Below are positions 1-13,051 of a stretch of 64,000 nt of DNA, one piece after another. The DNA comes from Hemiscyllium ocellatum (taxonomy: Eukaryota). How positions within the stretch are numbered: the stretch's first letter is position 1; each line of letters opens with the position of its first letter. The DNA lies in the NCBI RefSeq assembly GCF_020745735.1, contig NC_083448.1, positions 12,336,006 to 12,400,005 on the forward strand. The letters are read 5' to 3'. Below the pieces are notes generated by a model. It saw only the letters and a list, made by a program, of their open reading frames with translations. It was not told the origin of the DNA and did no database searches. The position numbers and the translations under genes were made by a program.

Positions 1-93
1 TTTACCAGTGTGACTTTCATTCATTCATGCAATTTCATGGAAGCACTGTTTTGGTCAGTTAGTTTCTTAAAGGTATTTCACAGGTACTTCATA

Positions 94-318
94 CAACTAT
101 CCCCCGCTACCTGAAAGTAAAGCATTTCCATGAAACCTTTTGTAAGCTGAAGTGACAAAGTGAAGGAGCACTAATTCACATGGGAAAAAATTCTCCTTTC
201 TTTCTAAAAGTGAAAATCCTCTTCAGATTTCTTTCAGTTAGTGAAAACAGGTACTAATTAGGTCTTTCTTAAAAACGAAGTGACGTAAAGTGAACTTTCA
301 AAAAGCGGGAGATAACTG
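94..318. mobile_element. Tc1/mariner (Tigger/pogo-like) MITE
   Basis: Terminal inverted repeats caactatcccccgct (94-108) and agcgggagataactg (304-318), each flanked by TA; a related copy lies at ~7290-7472. Confidence 0.65.
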
Positions 319-730
319 TAATTGGGGAATCTTTTCACGTTCAGGAGATGGTTGGTTAGGGCTGATTAATATTGTAATGTTTTGCTGAGACTTGATGGGG
401 ATAGTATTGTTCTGTATGCTACCCTTATTCAGAGGTAAACACTGCTTGTAGCAAGGACTGATAAGGTGTGAAAAACCAGTAATGGGTTTTGAAACAGTTG
501 CTCTGATTACAAAGGGTTGTTTTAAATTTGCATAGTTAAATATATCACAGAACTGTTATTTTCTGAATGAATTAATGAAACCGTGTTCTAACTCAAGGGT
601 TAATACAGGATTATGATTGAATGAACAGGAACCTGATATTAATGAATATAGCAAGCTGGTGAGTTAGTTAGGAAAGATAATGTATAACACAATATCTCAA
701 AACACAACATCTCACATGGTCTTATGGCCT

Positions 731-2420
731 GAATTACAGAGTTAGAGTCAGAATCACAGAGATGTACAGCACGGAAACAAACCCTTCGGTCCAACCCATC
801 CATGCCGACCAGATATCCCAACCCAATCTAGTCCCACCTGCCAGCACCCATACCATATCCCTCCAAACCCTTCCTATTCATATACCCATCCAAATGCCTC
901 TTAAATGTTGCAATTGTACCAGCCTCCACCACTTCCTCTGGCAGCTCATTCCATACACGTATCACCCTCTGCATGAAAAAGTTGCCCCTTCAGTCTCTTT
1001 TATATCTTTCCCCTCTCACCCTAAACCTATGTCGTCTAGTTCTGGACTCGGCCACCCCAGGGAAAAGACTTTGTCTATTTATCCTATCCATGCCCCTCAA
1101 ATTTTGTAAACCTCGACAAGGTCACCCCATAGCCTCTGACACTCCAGGGAAAACAGCCCAGCCTGTTCAGCCTCTCCCTGTAATTCAAATCCTCCAACTC
1201 TGTCAACATCCTTGTAAATCTTTTCTGAACCCTTTCAAGTTTCACAACTTCTTTCTGATAGGAAAGAGACCAGAATTGCACGCATTATTCCAACAGTGGC
1301 CTAACCAATGTCCTGTACAGCTGCAACATGACCTCTCAACTCCGTACTCAATACTCTGACCAATAAAGGAAAGCATATCAAATGCTTTCTTCATTATTCT
1401 CTCTCCCTGCGACTCCACTTTCAAGGAGCTATGAATCTGCACTCCAAGGTCTCTTTCTTCAGCAACACTACCCAGGACCTTACCATTAAGTATATAAGTC
1501 CTGCTAAGATTTGCTTTCCCAAAATGCAGCACCTCGCATTTATCTGAATTAAACTCCATCTGTCACTTCTCAGCCCATTGGTCCAGATCCTGTTGTAATC
1601 TGAGGTAACCCTCTTTGCTGTCCACTACATCTCCAATTTTGGTGTCATCTGCAAACTTACTAACTGAAACTCTTATGCTCGCATCCAAATCATTTATGTA
1701 AATGACAAAAAAGTATAGGAGCCAGCACTGATCCTTGTGGTCACAGGCCTCCAGTCTGAAAAACAACCCTCCACCACCACCCTCTGTCTTCTACCTTTGA
1801 GCCAGTTCTGTATTCAAATGGCGAGTTCTCCCTTCATTCCATGACATCTAAGCTTGCTAATCAGTCTCCCATGGGGAACCTTGTCATATGCCTTACTGAA
1901 GTCCATATAGATCGCATCTACTGCTCTGCCTTCATCAATCCTCTTTATTACTTTTTCAAAAAACTCAATCAAGTTGGTGAGACATGATTTCCCACACACT
2001 AAGCCATATTGACTACCCCCAGTCAGTCCTTGCCTTTCCAAAATACATGTACATCCTGTCCCTCAGGATTCCCTCCAACAGCTCGCCCACCACCGAGGTC
2101 AGGCTCACCGGTCTATAGTTCCCTGGGTTGTCTTTACCGCCCTTCTTAAACAGTGGCACCACGTTTGCCAGCCTCCAGTCTTCCGGCACTTCACCTGTGA
2201 CGATCGATGATACAAATATCTCAGCAAGAGGCCCAGCAATCACTTCTCTGGCTTCCCACAGAGTTCTCGGATACACCTGATGAGGGATTTATTCACCTTT
2301 ACCCTTTTCAAGACATCCAGCACTTCCTCCTCTGTAATCTGGACATTTTGCAACGTGTCACCATCTATTTCCCTCGAGTCTCTATCTTCCACATCCTTTT
2401 CCACAGTAAATACTGATGCA
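731..2420 (-). mobile_element. CR1 LINE, 5'-truncated (RT and 3' end)
   Basis: Minus-strand ORF pieces NYRPVSLTSVVG, YMDFSKAYDKVPH, KFADDTK and LERVQKRFTRM, broken by frameshifts; short-repeat 3' tail near 731-760. Confidence 0.92.
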
Positions 2421-3352
2421 AAATATTTATCATTTTCTCTTCAAACTTTCTCCCCTCACCTTCACCTGTAAGTTTCTCATTGCAGTTCTGGAGGCAGAAT
2501 CTGACCCAAAAATATCAGATAAAATAAATTCCTCACAGTGCAGAAATGTTTATTCAGAGAACACAATAGAATGAACAACAGCAGAAGACTTGAGAGTCCC
2601 TCATGCCTACTCCACTATTCAGTGCAATCACTGCTGACCTTCTGTCTAAACTTCATTCTCCTGCCAGTTCTATCTCACTATGCTTTGCACTGCGAAAGCA
2701 GCTACTTAGTCATAAACATTGCCAAGCCCTTTGTCTGTTGCCCCCAAGCAAGAAACCGAATGAACCTTCAATGAATTACTTCCAGTCCAAGTATATCACT
2801 TGACTAAAATGGCGCACAGTGCTTGAGGAGGCTACAGAAAAGAGAGTATGATGTGCAGTTTGGTGGCATATTCAGTTTTGTGTTGAGAATTGTGAGCAAA
2901 GTGTTTTTGAATGAAAGGAACGTCAAAGAAATGGTAAGACTTTCAAGAGGTGAAAACCAACTTCGGTGTGCAGATGTGCAAGTCCTTAAAAGTGGCTCCT
3001 CCATGAAATTGTCAAGTATTTGCACTCATATATCCATTTCCTCCACACCTTTCTGAATCTCTGTATTCAGTTGACGGTTCCATTAATGCTCGTCAACACA
3101 AAATAACCCAAGAGAAACATGACTCCAGCCAGAACATTTGTAAGATGCTTCCTGTCAACCAACTCAATTAATACTTTTTAAAAAGCTTACAACAACTTCA
3201 TTCCTTTACCTCTACTTTACCATGTGTAGGTGGTGGAGCAAGATGATGTTTGTGAATGTGGTGCCAGTCAAGTGGGTTGGTTTGTCTTGGACAGTGTTTA
3301 GGGAACCAGTTACTTGTCATTGGTCTCCTTACCTATGACGTTCTCATGCAGC

Positions 3353-3447
3353 CAATCCTGATGAAGGGATTTTGCCAAAAATGTCAACTCTCCTGCTCCT
3401 TGGATGCTGCCTGACCTGCTGTGCTTTTCCAGCACCACACATTCAAC
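3353..3447 (+). mobile_element. Hammerhead mini-element family A, old degenerate copy
   Basis: ctgatgaagggattttgccaaaaatgtc followed by ggatgctgcctgacctgctgtgcttttccagcaccacac, similar to the copies at 11476 and 37667. Confidence 0.7.
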
Positions 3448-4624
3448 AGTTTTTATGCTAGTTCAATTCAACTTTTTGATATTAATATTTGATTTAACTT
3501 ATTGTCATGTTTATTTTGTTACAAAACACAATGAAGAGTGTTGTATGGTGTCATCACTCTGTGATACTATATTTAATCACAGAAAAGTAAACCAAAACAT
3601 CAAAAGTAAAGGCAGAAAAATGAAGAAAACGTGCACAACTTCAGAATCCTTCTTAAGTACTCTGCCATGGACTACAGGTCTGGTAGCCAGGCACACGTTT
3701 CCTGCGCTGCCCCATTGCTGGAACCAAAGTCTCCACTCTTCTGCACCATGATGATTCTTTGATGGACCTTGCCAATGCAGATGCCACTGAGTCTCGTACT
3801 GGGGCCAAGCTCGCCTCCATGAAGCTGCAGAGGATGCAGATGCCACCGGAAACCCAAACCTGTCTCCGCTGCAGCAGCCATACCGGCGCTAGGACTGCCT
3901 CATCGATTCAGAAGCCAACAGGAACCCAAACTCCAATGCCACCACAAGTCCACACTGGGCTCACTCACTGCCACCGATGCTGTTGCTGCAAACAAACTCT
4001 TCAACAAGCGGTAAGCAACAAGAGAAAAAGAAAAAAGAAACCAAAAAAGAAAAAGAAAAACAAAAACAGACCGACTCCTTGCTCACAAACCTGAGTCCAC
4101 CGCCATCTTAGCAAAAGTGAGGAAATGCCATTGAATGTCAAGGAGCAATGACAAGTCTCTTTTGTTGGAGATGGTCATTTCCTGGCATTTATGTGGCACA
4201 AATGTTACAGCCAAAGCCCGAATGTAGTCCAGTTTTGAAGAGTTCGGGTGTGGACTACATCAGTTTCTAAGGAAATGGTGGTGCTGATCATTGAGCAATC
4301 ATTTTTGATCTTGCAAACTCTGAGTTTAAGCGGATCATTAGTGTTTTTCAGTCATACTTCCTCTTCAGTGACGGGACACAAGGCGAGAACCGTCTTGGTG
4401 ACGCTCACAAGTCAAATAAAACAATCCATGTAATAAGGAGGATGTTCCGGCTGTCTCGGAGAGAGAAAACTAGCACAAACCAAAAATACTGGTCCTATCA
4501 GGAGCAATTCAAAATAGTTCTCAACAAGAAAGAAGATGTGAGAAAGAGGAATTTAACAAGAAATACTAAAAGATGTGAAGAGGGAAGCTGTCAGCTGAAT
4601 GTCGCCTGGATATTCAAGACTCAC

Positions 4625-4715
4625 CGATGATGGGTCTCTGGTTTAGGTCGAATGAGTGCAGTGCGGGCAAAACGCAGCAAGCGAACAGGAGCTGTCCCAG
4701 CACAGTCTGAGCCAT
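4625..4715 (-). CDS. Gamma-glutamyl hydrolase (GGH)-like, coding exon 1; the rest of the gene probably lies left of the window
   Basis: Kozak accATGg, then MAQTVLGQLLFACCVLPALHSFDLNQRPIIG (signal-peptide-like, followed by the RPIIG motif typical of the GGH N-terminus), ending at a phase-1 donor G|gtgagt; I found no exon 2 in 1-4624. Confidence 0.6.
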
Positions 4716-5052
4716 GGTGATCTTGCTGACTTTGAAACCCGGAAGTGGCTCACATTCTGCAGGAGGCGACTGATGCGAATAAGGGAAGTGAGTGGCCGGT
4801 CACCCTGCCTTGCAGGCCGGATTGTTGTTGCTTGCAGGGGACAGGTTAAACCGATGATCCCTGAGCTTGTCTGGGGAGCAAGCTGGCCGGCTTGGCTAGT
4901 GGCGTCACAGGGGAAGGTATTGTCCCGCCTCAGCGTTATGAGGACAGGCAGAGGAGGCGCTTCCTAGACATGGCAGCCTAAACTAAGCAGCGCCGCCCGT
5001 GCAGCGAGGCCCCAGCGCCATGTGAAGCGGGCTCGGGGGCACAAGTGACCAG
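4716..5052. promoter_or_regulatory. CpG-rich bidirectional promoter and probable non-coding exon 1 of ITPRIPL1
   Basis: Local CpG enrichment, ETS-type ccggaagt at ~4739, strong plus-strand donor cag|gtaagg at 5052/5053, and a divergent GGH-like ATG at 4715. Confidence 0.55.
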
Positions 5053-6219
5053 GTAAGGGCTGGCCTGGCTTCCACCGCAACCCTCAGGTTCAATAGCAAT
5101 TGCATCCGACCAAATTGCAAACATTTAGTTCCAAAGTAGCGCCGCTTTTGCTTGCATTCAGCCTGAAAGTTTGTCCTACTTTCATTTTCCTCTGAACCAT
5201 CCTGTCCTCACATTCCAGACACACGGACCTTTGAACAACTATTATGTGCGAGCTGGCCCACAGCCAATGGAACTCGGGTTGGGGGCTTCATTTCTTTCAC
5301 GCCCAGTTTAAGTCCCAGGTTCACTCTTCACCACTTTTCCACGTTTCGAATTCTCGGATCTGGAGATAAACAGCAATTTTCATTGTGTATTTCATTGGCG
5401 TCCATTCGTCACATCCCAGCCAATTGCGAATCCAGATCTACCTACTCAATTTTAATCCACAGACTATTTTTTGTTTTGCGCATAAAATCTCAATGATCAT
5501 TTGCACAACATTTTTTTCATCTTTGTGTTTTGGTAAACTGGTGAGAAACAAAACTGAGTATGACTGTAATTTCATTATATTTTTCTTTTAAGCTAACTTA
5601 ATAGTTGGATATTTCAATTTATGTATTTGGGATGTACGTGCAGTCGTATCACGATTGTACGTACTGTTTTAAGATTGTAGCCTGTGGCTAAAATCATGTT
5701 GGAGCGATCGTGTGACCAGGAATTTCACTAATATGCTATGTGCTTCTGGTTGAGAATCTGAGCAAGGATTAGAAAAAGTTGCGGATGATGCTTGCAGACG
5801 TTCCTATTCCAATCATTACGGTCTCTTCACGAGTTTATTTCCCACCAACTTTTCAGCTTTTTGCTCCTCGCGTTGCAAAATGTTTTGTAAATTTTGGACT
5901 GTTTGGAAGACGACCTGAAAATGTGTCCCTCATTTTGGCTTTTACTTAAGCTTTTTTTGAAATTTATTTTTTCATCAACGTCCATCCATTTTAGAAATAC
6001 AAAGCTGATATCTTAAATTGTTGAATAGTATATTTTCTGACTATTAAATGATTCCAAAGCCCCGAGATGTTCAGAGTTGGGATTCAGCTGATTGAATGGC
6101 AACACAATGTCCAAAGGCAATTTCTCTTGTTGGAGATGGAAATCAACTAACTAGAACATGATATGCAAAATTGGCGGGCGGGGGAGGGAGGAGGAGGAGG
6201 GACGGAGAAGACCCCGGTA

Positions 6220-7130
6220 CAAGTGCAGAAGATTATGTTGAGATATTTGCAGTGATCATCTTCCAGATGTACCAAATGGATGACCTATCTTGGCCCCAGG
6301 TGGAGGTCCCCAGCATCACAGTGACCAGATTTAAGCCAATTCAATTCACTCCATGTCACATGAAGAAATGGCTGAAGGTATGGGATACTGCAAAGGCCCT
6401 GTCAATAATTGTACTTGTGATTCAGAACTTGCCACATCCCGAGCCCAGTTAATTCATGAGATGGCATCAACCTGGGGATGTGGAAAATTATCTAGGTATG
6501 TCCTCTAGGTACACAAGCCAAATATAAACTGCCCTGCCAACCTATGTTAGATTGACAGTGAAGTGATAGAAGGGGGCATCAATAGCAATATCAAGCAGCA
6601 CCTGCTTTGTAATAACTGGCTCGCTGATTCTCAGTTTGGGGTCTGCAAGGACCATTCAATTCCTGACCTTGTTACAGCCTTGATTAAAATCTGGACCAAA
6701 GAGCTAAATTCCAGATATGAGGCAACAGTGACAACAAGTTGACATTTGACTGTATGGCATTAGAGTCAATGGGAATCTGGGAGGACACTCATTACTGCTT
6801 CTAGTCATGCCTCGCACAAAGCAAGACAGTTGTGGTAGGTGCAGGTCAGTCATCTCAGCTCCAGGACATCTCTGCCGGCTAATGTCCAACCATCTTCAGC
6901 TGCTTCATCGATGATCTTCAGACAATCATCAAGTCAGAAGTTGGGACGTTCGCCGATGATTGCACAAAGTTCAGCTTCATTTGTAGCTCCTTAAATACTT
7001 AAACATATCCAAGGATACCTGGACAATATCCAGACTTGGGTTGACATGTGACAAGTAACATTTGCACCGCTCTGGAGCCAGCCAATGACCATCTGCACTA
7101 AGGAATCCAAACATTGCTTCTTGACTGGTA
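6220..7130 (+). mobile_element. Degenerate non-LTR retrotransposon RT fragment (L2/CR1 group)
   Basis: Remnant ttcagctgcttcatcgatgatctt...ttcgccgatgattgc (FADD motif) with many disablements. Confidence 0.6.
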
Positions 7131-7289
7131 CTGACATTCACCTACAACTTTGCATTTCTTTGAAAGATATAATGGCTTTTTCATTTGAAAGCAGCATTGG
7201 TAGTGGTGAACACCATTTCTGTTGGCTGTTATTTTTTTTATATATATATTCCTGAAGATCATAAAGTAGAGCTTTCCTCAGAAATCTGT

Positions 7290-7472
7290 CCTAAGCTGAA
7301 ATGGTGTAAAGTGAAGAAGCATTAATTTCTTTATATGGGAAAAATTTCACCTTTATTCATAAAAGTAAAAATCCTCAATGGATTTCTTTTGCTTAGCAAA
7401 AACAGGTACTAATGTAGGTATTTCATAAAAGCGAAGTGGCATAAAGCGAACTCCCAAAGTGGGGGATACCTG
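7290..7472. mobile_element. MITE fragment related to 94-318
   Basis: Alignable by eye to 150-318 (aaaaacaggtactaat...aagcgaagtggcataaagcgaact...gggggatacctg). Confidence 0.6.
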
Positions 7473-7950
7473 AAGGGTGAAATGAATTTCACATGCTGCT
7501 CAAACTTGAATCAGTATATGACGCTTGCTTAGACTGGAGTGTACATGCCGTAATACACAGGGTCCTGTTCCAGGCAACAGCAGGAACATGGACACACACT
7601 TTGTCTATTTCAACTGAACAAAATAGACGATGAACATTCCCTCGTTCATTCTTCAGGATAATGCCTCGATCAATCAGAATCAACCTGACTGGTTTCAAAT
7701 GTAATCTAAGCTTCGATGTTCATCTTCATCATCACAAACTTGTGCATTCTCTATTGTAATGCATCTACCAATCAAAGTGCACATCCCTTTCATACAGTAT
7801 AAACAACAATTTCCTTTTTATGTTGTATTTCTCAGAAATTATCCTAATGAATGTGAGATAATAAACTTTAACAACATGTCCTTCTCCAGCAATGCTAAAT
7901 TTCACTAGCACCAAAAAACTAGAGATAAACACCAGAACAAAAGAAGAACT

Positions 7951-8137
7951 CTGGATGCTGGAGTTCTGAAAAAAATTAGAAGTTTCTCGAGAAACTCAGC
8001 AGGTCTGACAGTATCTCTGGAGAGAAAGCAAAGTTAATTATTTGAGTCCAGCTTTGAAGATGGGCCACTGTACTCTGTTCAAACTGCTTCCCTCCACAAA
8101 TACTGCCAAACTTGCTGAGTTTCTCCAGCAATTTCTA
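7951..8137. mobile_element. Hammerhead mini-element family B, inverted pair, degenerate
   Basis: gagaaactcagcaggtctgacag on the left pairs with ctgccaaacttgctgagtttctc on the right; ttgaagatggg core remnant in the middle. Confidence 0.55.
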
Positions 8138-10949
8138 TTACAGTTTGTGATGAACATATTGTTTTAAATGGAATTAGCAACCTTGAATAAACAGTATCTG
8201 AATTGAACATTTTCCACTCAAAGGGTTTTGGGAAGCTAAGACAAGTTTTATGCAAGTCCCTTTCCTGATTCTTTCATAATTTGTTGGTCAACTGTAAGAA
8301 GGTGCATGTAGTCTCAAGATTTTAAAAGAAGATGGTTGCAGCTATTGACGAACTTGTTTAGTGTCAGGAAGGATGCTGGAAACAATCAAATTTTGACCAC
8401 TGGACAGAAGGGGAATATGAGGGATTGCCAATCTAGCTTCAAAAATAAAAAGTTCCATCTTATAAATGTGATTTTGTACTTTGACAATTCACCAAGCTAA
8501 TAGTGAAATAGTTCACATTTCAGGACTGATATGACTCTTTTTCAGGACAAGCAGTTTCTAAAATCTTTTGACTAAAAAAAGAGCATTTTTACAAGGTAAA
8601 AGTCTTTGGTATTCATACCAGTCTTTTGCACTAGATTGAGTGAATTTGCTTGGAATTCACGGTGTTGTACAGAGGTGCAGGATTGCCTTGACCCTGTTGT
8701 TGTTCACTATTTTTAATGATCTCAATGTATGTGATGGGTAGATATTTAAATTTGGTAAAGTCATTGGAAGAGCAAAGGCTACTTAAGGCAAAACAATAAA
8801 TGCTGGATTTTGAGCTAGTGACATTTGCAAATGATGCTCAGCTTGGCAAGGCTATGAATATTGATTAGGTAAATCCTGTATACCTTTGATCTTCAGAGAA
8901 AAGTAATGAAACTGGTGGTAATAGAGAAAGATCTGGCTGTTCTTTGGCACACAACACTGAAGTTAAAGCTAAAGCAAGAATATTGAGAGTGCTGGAATAT
9001 ATTTTTATTGGTCATTTCACTATGAGACAACACAGATAGAGGACAGAAGGAGTGCTGTCCAATTCATTTCACTCTCTTGGAAAACCTCAGTAGGACTGCT
9101 TGTCCTGAAAAAGAGTCATATCAGTCCTGAAATGTGAACTGTTTCTCTATCCATAGATTTTGCCAGACCTTCTGAGTTTGTCCACCATTTCAGATTTCCA
9201 GCATCTGCAGATTGCTTAATTCCTTTTTTTGTTGTTTGTGTGTCATCTATATTTTTGCCATTCCAAATTTTTCTCACCTTTGAATGTTGCTCGTGACTCT
9301 GCTCTTATCATGTGTGCAGGCAGTGCAATCCCAAGCACAGTATCTGTGTCAAAGAAAAAGTTTTAATCGTGTGACGTTGGATTTATTTTTGCCCGTCACC
9401 TTATATCAGTGTATCCTTATTTTTTCACCATTAAAGATGGTTATTTACTTGCAAAATAATCAATTTTGAAACCCAAAAGAAATCACCTCCTCACCTTTCT
9501 GCCCCAAGGAGATCAACTTCAGCTTCTCTCATCTATCCACATAACTGAAATCCCCCATCCCTGATACTGCTATTACAACATGAGACAGCCAAATCAAATC
9601 AACCTTCCTATCTCTATATTCACAACAAAGTCAACTTAAAACTTTCAAAGACCCTCAAAATTGACCCCAAAGGTTTCAATCAACACCTATTGCTTTTGAA
9701 TAACCAATTTGAGATTCTGAATAATTATAGACATCAGGTTTGTAGGGTAAACAAAAGGCTTAAGTATTTATTACTAATACTTTAGCAGAGCAAAATTAAA
9801 CAACAAAGTAATTTAATTGATATCTCTGATTTAAATCCAAAAATCTTTGCTTTCAGCCTCACACACAAAAAAAATGAATCAAATATAATTAAGGAATAAA
9901 TGAAAGATAAAAACAAAACTGGTCAATTTACTTCGCTGGTTTTCACAAAGCGTTGTTGTTGAGGCATATGTGATTGATATCACCTTAAAACCAATCAAGA
10001 AACAATCAGGGTGACATTTTGAGTTCACTCTGAGGATGTCAGTAATACTTATAACTTTCTTTCTGTTCTCTGAATGTGCAATAGCTGATAAGGGGAAGTT
10101 AGGCAGGGAGTTTTTAGATTTTTATCCTGTAACATCAAGAGCCAAACTTCACACAAACATCGGTTCAAACTATTGCCCTTACTTCTGTTACCACCATGTT
10201 CCTTTGCACACTTGGTAGCACTAATTTACAAGTCAAGACCTTATTAATGGCCAAACATTTGCTATCTATTTGTCTGTCCCTGGTATTGTGAAGAATCTGT
10301 GGAATCCTTTTTATGAAGAACCAACCTGCAATTAACTTTCAGGCCTGGCCTTTGAAACAAACAATAGCTTGTTAATTTTGTTCTTTTGTTTTTGGCTTCT
10401 CACAGTCCGAAGGATATCTTCACCTCTCAGTTCACAGCTCCAAACCAAAACTGAAAAAAAAATGACAATAACAAAAAAATCAGTGAGGATTCTAACACTG
10501 TTCTTATGTCTCTTCTGTACCCTCTTAGGCCCTTGATGTCTTTCCTCAAGCTTGGTGCTCAGACTGAGCATGCTACTGCAGGTTAGGTCATACTGGACCT
10601 TATGAGATTTCGTAATTTCTTTCTTTTGTGTTCGATTCATCTGTGAATAGTACCAGATCGCACATGCTTTTATATCAGCTTGGTGAAAGTTTGTGGTCAT
10701 CTTGAGATTTATCTGTGGATATCCTCAGGTCTCAGTGTTCATGCATCCCCATTAAAATTGTACTTATTACTTCATTCGTGCTCCCTTCCAAAATTCTTGC
10801 AATAAATGCTGAATTTACTAAGGTTTGTAAGATTTGGTGAGAATATGGTTGTCCAATCATTTTGTTTCAAATAAATACATTACAGGAGTTAAAGTGTTAA
10901 ATTACAAAAGGACAGAACGATGATGGATGTTGAGGTAGTTTCTTTTTCC

Positions 10950-11745
10950 CCATGTCATGTTGAGGTTATACAGGACATTGGTGAGGCCTATTTGTGAGTA
11001 CTGTGTCCAGTGCTGGTCACCCAGACTCGGAAGGATGTTATTAAGCCAGAGAGAGTTCAGAAAAGATTTACCAGGATGTTGCCAGGTAAGGAAGGTTTAA
11101 GTTATTAAGAAAGACTGGGGCTGGTGGGACATTTTTCATGGGAGTATAGGCGTTTGAGAAGTGACCTTGCAGAAGTTGATAAAATTATGAGGGGTACAGA
11201 TAGGATTAATAGTAGTTGCCTTTTCTCTAGAATGGGGGACTTCAAGTTAGGGGGAAAATTTTAAAGATGAGAGGAGAAAGATTTAAAGAAGAAATAGGGG
11301 GCAATTTAAACACAGAAGATGGTTGACGTGTGGAATATACTTCCTGAGGAAGTAGTGGATGTGGGTAAATGTGCAATGTTTAAAAGACATTTGGATAAGG
11401 ATAATAATAGCAAACGGTTGGAGGGATATGGGCCAGGAGCAGACAGGTGGGAATAGTTTAGTTTGGGATTATGGTGCTGGAAAAGCATGGCAGCTCAGGC
11501 AACATCCGACGAGCAGGAAAATTAAGAATTTGGGCAAGAGCCCTTTCTGATGAAGGGCTTTTGCCAAAATTGTCAATTTTCCTGCTCCTTGGATGCTGCC
11601 TGACCTGCTGTGCTTTTCCAGCACCACATTCTTGATTCTAATCTCCATCTGTAGTCCTCACTTTTGCCAAGTATGGGATTATGGTTGGCACAGATTGGTT
11701 GAATCGCAAGATCTGTTTCCATGCAATATGACTCTATAACTCTTT
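10950..11745 (+). mobile_element. CR1 LINE 3' fragment interrupted by a family A element
   Basis: RT C-terminal remnant (aggacattggtgaggcc...gttcagaaaagatttaccaggatg) and tail tatgactctataactct. Confidence 0.8.
11476..11669. mobile_element. Hammerhead mini-element family A, inverted pair
   Basis: Flanked by a near-perfect 16-bp duplication agtttgggattatggt (11460-11475) / agtatgggattatggt (11670-11685); ctgatgaagggc core at ~11547. Confidence 0.8.
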
Positions 11746-13051
11746 CTGGGATTGTTGAATCTTTCCAGCTGGGACAATTTTTATCTCATAGGAAGTCACT
11801 GCAATATTAATTAGAGTAGAATGGTCTCCCAGATGATGGAGGGATCAAAACAGAGGAGTGGAGGAATTTCAGATTTTCCCCATAATAGCTTTTTCTGAGG
11901 ATTTCTATGGCTTTTATTGGAGTGGGAATGCATTGCTGTTATTTGGGGCACGCTGGACAGATCACTGTTCATATACCTGCTGCCTGACTGGTGATGCTTC
12001 TTGTCGAGTTCTGCCTCCTGCCTCCTGCTTCCTTGATCTTCAGTACAACATTTATTGTCTATTTTATTCATGTTTCTATTGTCAGGTCTCTCCCCTTTGC
12101 TGTCTTGTTCCTAGATATCCTGTCCTCGGCTTGCTTTCTCCAAGCTACAGAATCCTGGTTTGTAAATCAACGTTCACATACCAATTCTAGCCCATCTTGT
12201 CCCTTCCCCAAAATTCACAATTGTGGAGCTCCAAACCACCAAAAATGCTTAATTCCTATCCCAGCTGTTTGCATCAAAGCTTGCCATTTTCTCATGACAA
12301 CTACTTATCTTTGCAAAACTTTACAACATGAATGCCCTACACTTCCATTTGATTTGATGTATTGTTACATGGACCTAAGTACCGTGAAAAGCTTTCTTTA
12401 CAAACAGTTCAGGTAGATCATAGTCAGCGAGGACATACAGATCAGAAGGTTAAAAAAACCGAGTGAGGCATGCAGGTTACATTGTGCAATGTCAAATTGT
12501 TAGAGTTGCCAGTATTCAATTAAAAACCAGCAGTCCAGTACAAAAGTAACTCAGACTCACAACATATACCAAACCTGAAGTCACATTACTCCAGATTAAT
12601 TCAGATATGCTGAAATGTGCAAATGGATTTGTAAATATGTAAATGGACTTGTAAACATTTCTGTGAACGGTGTATTTCCACACTGGGTGTTGCACATTTT
12701 TATATTCCCAGCCTTTTACACCCAATTTTCCTACCTTTGTCACTCCACTCCATAGCAAAAATTTGCATGGGCCATCTGTGGCTTTCAAGCAGTTAATTTT
12801 TAATGGATGGCTTTAAACATTTGGTACAAGCTCTTAAAATGACACCATCGGTACACCGCATTTATTAATTGCTTGAGGCAATTATAGGATAGGAAAGGAA
12901 GCTGGTGCATATTATGAAATAGTGAAGAGGAGGAATTATTTGCATTCCTGACAAGACCGCTCAATGGGGCCTCAGCTTCTTATAGATGTACAAATCTAAT
13001 TTGTGCTGTACACATCCTCTGAAAATCTTTTGTCTGCTTATTGTTTGTAGG

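Noticed and set aside
12986-13051. ORF-track start MYKSNLCC... for ITPRIPL1
   Set aside because: A pyrimidine tract and AG at 13049-13050 mark this as intron; the ATG at 13052 gives a proper N-terminal signal sequence.
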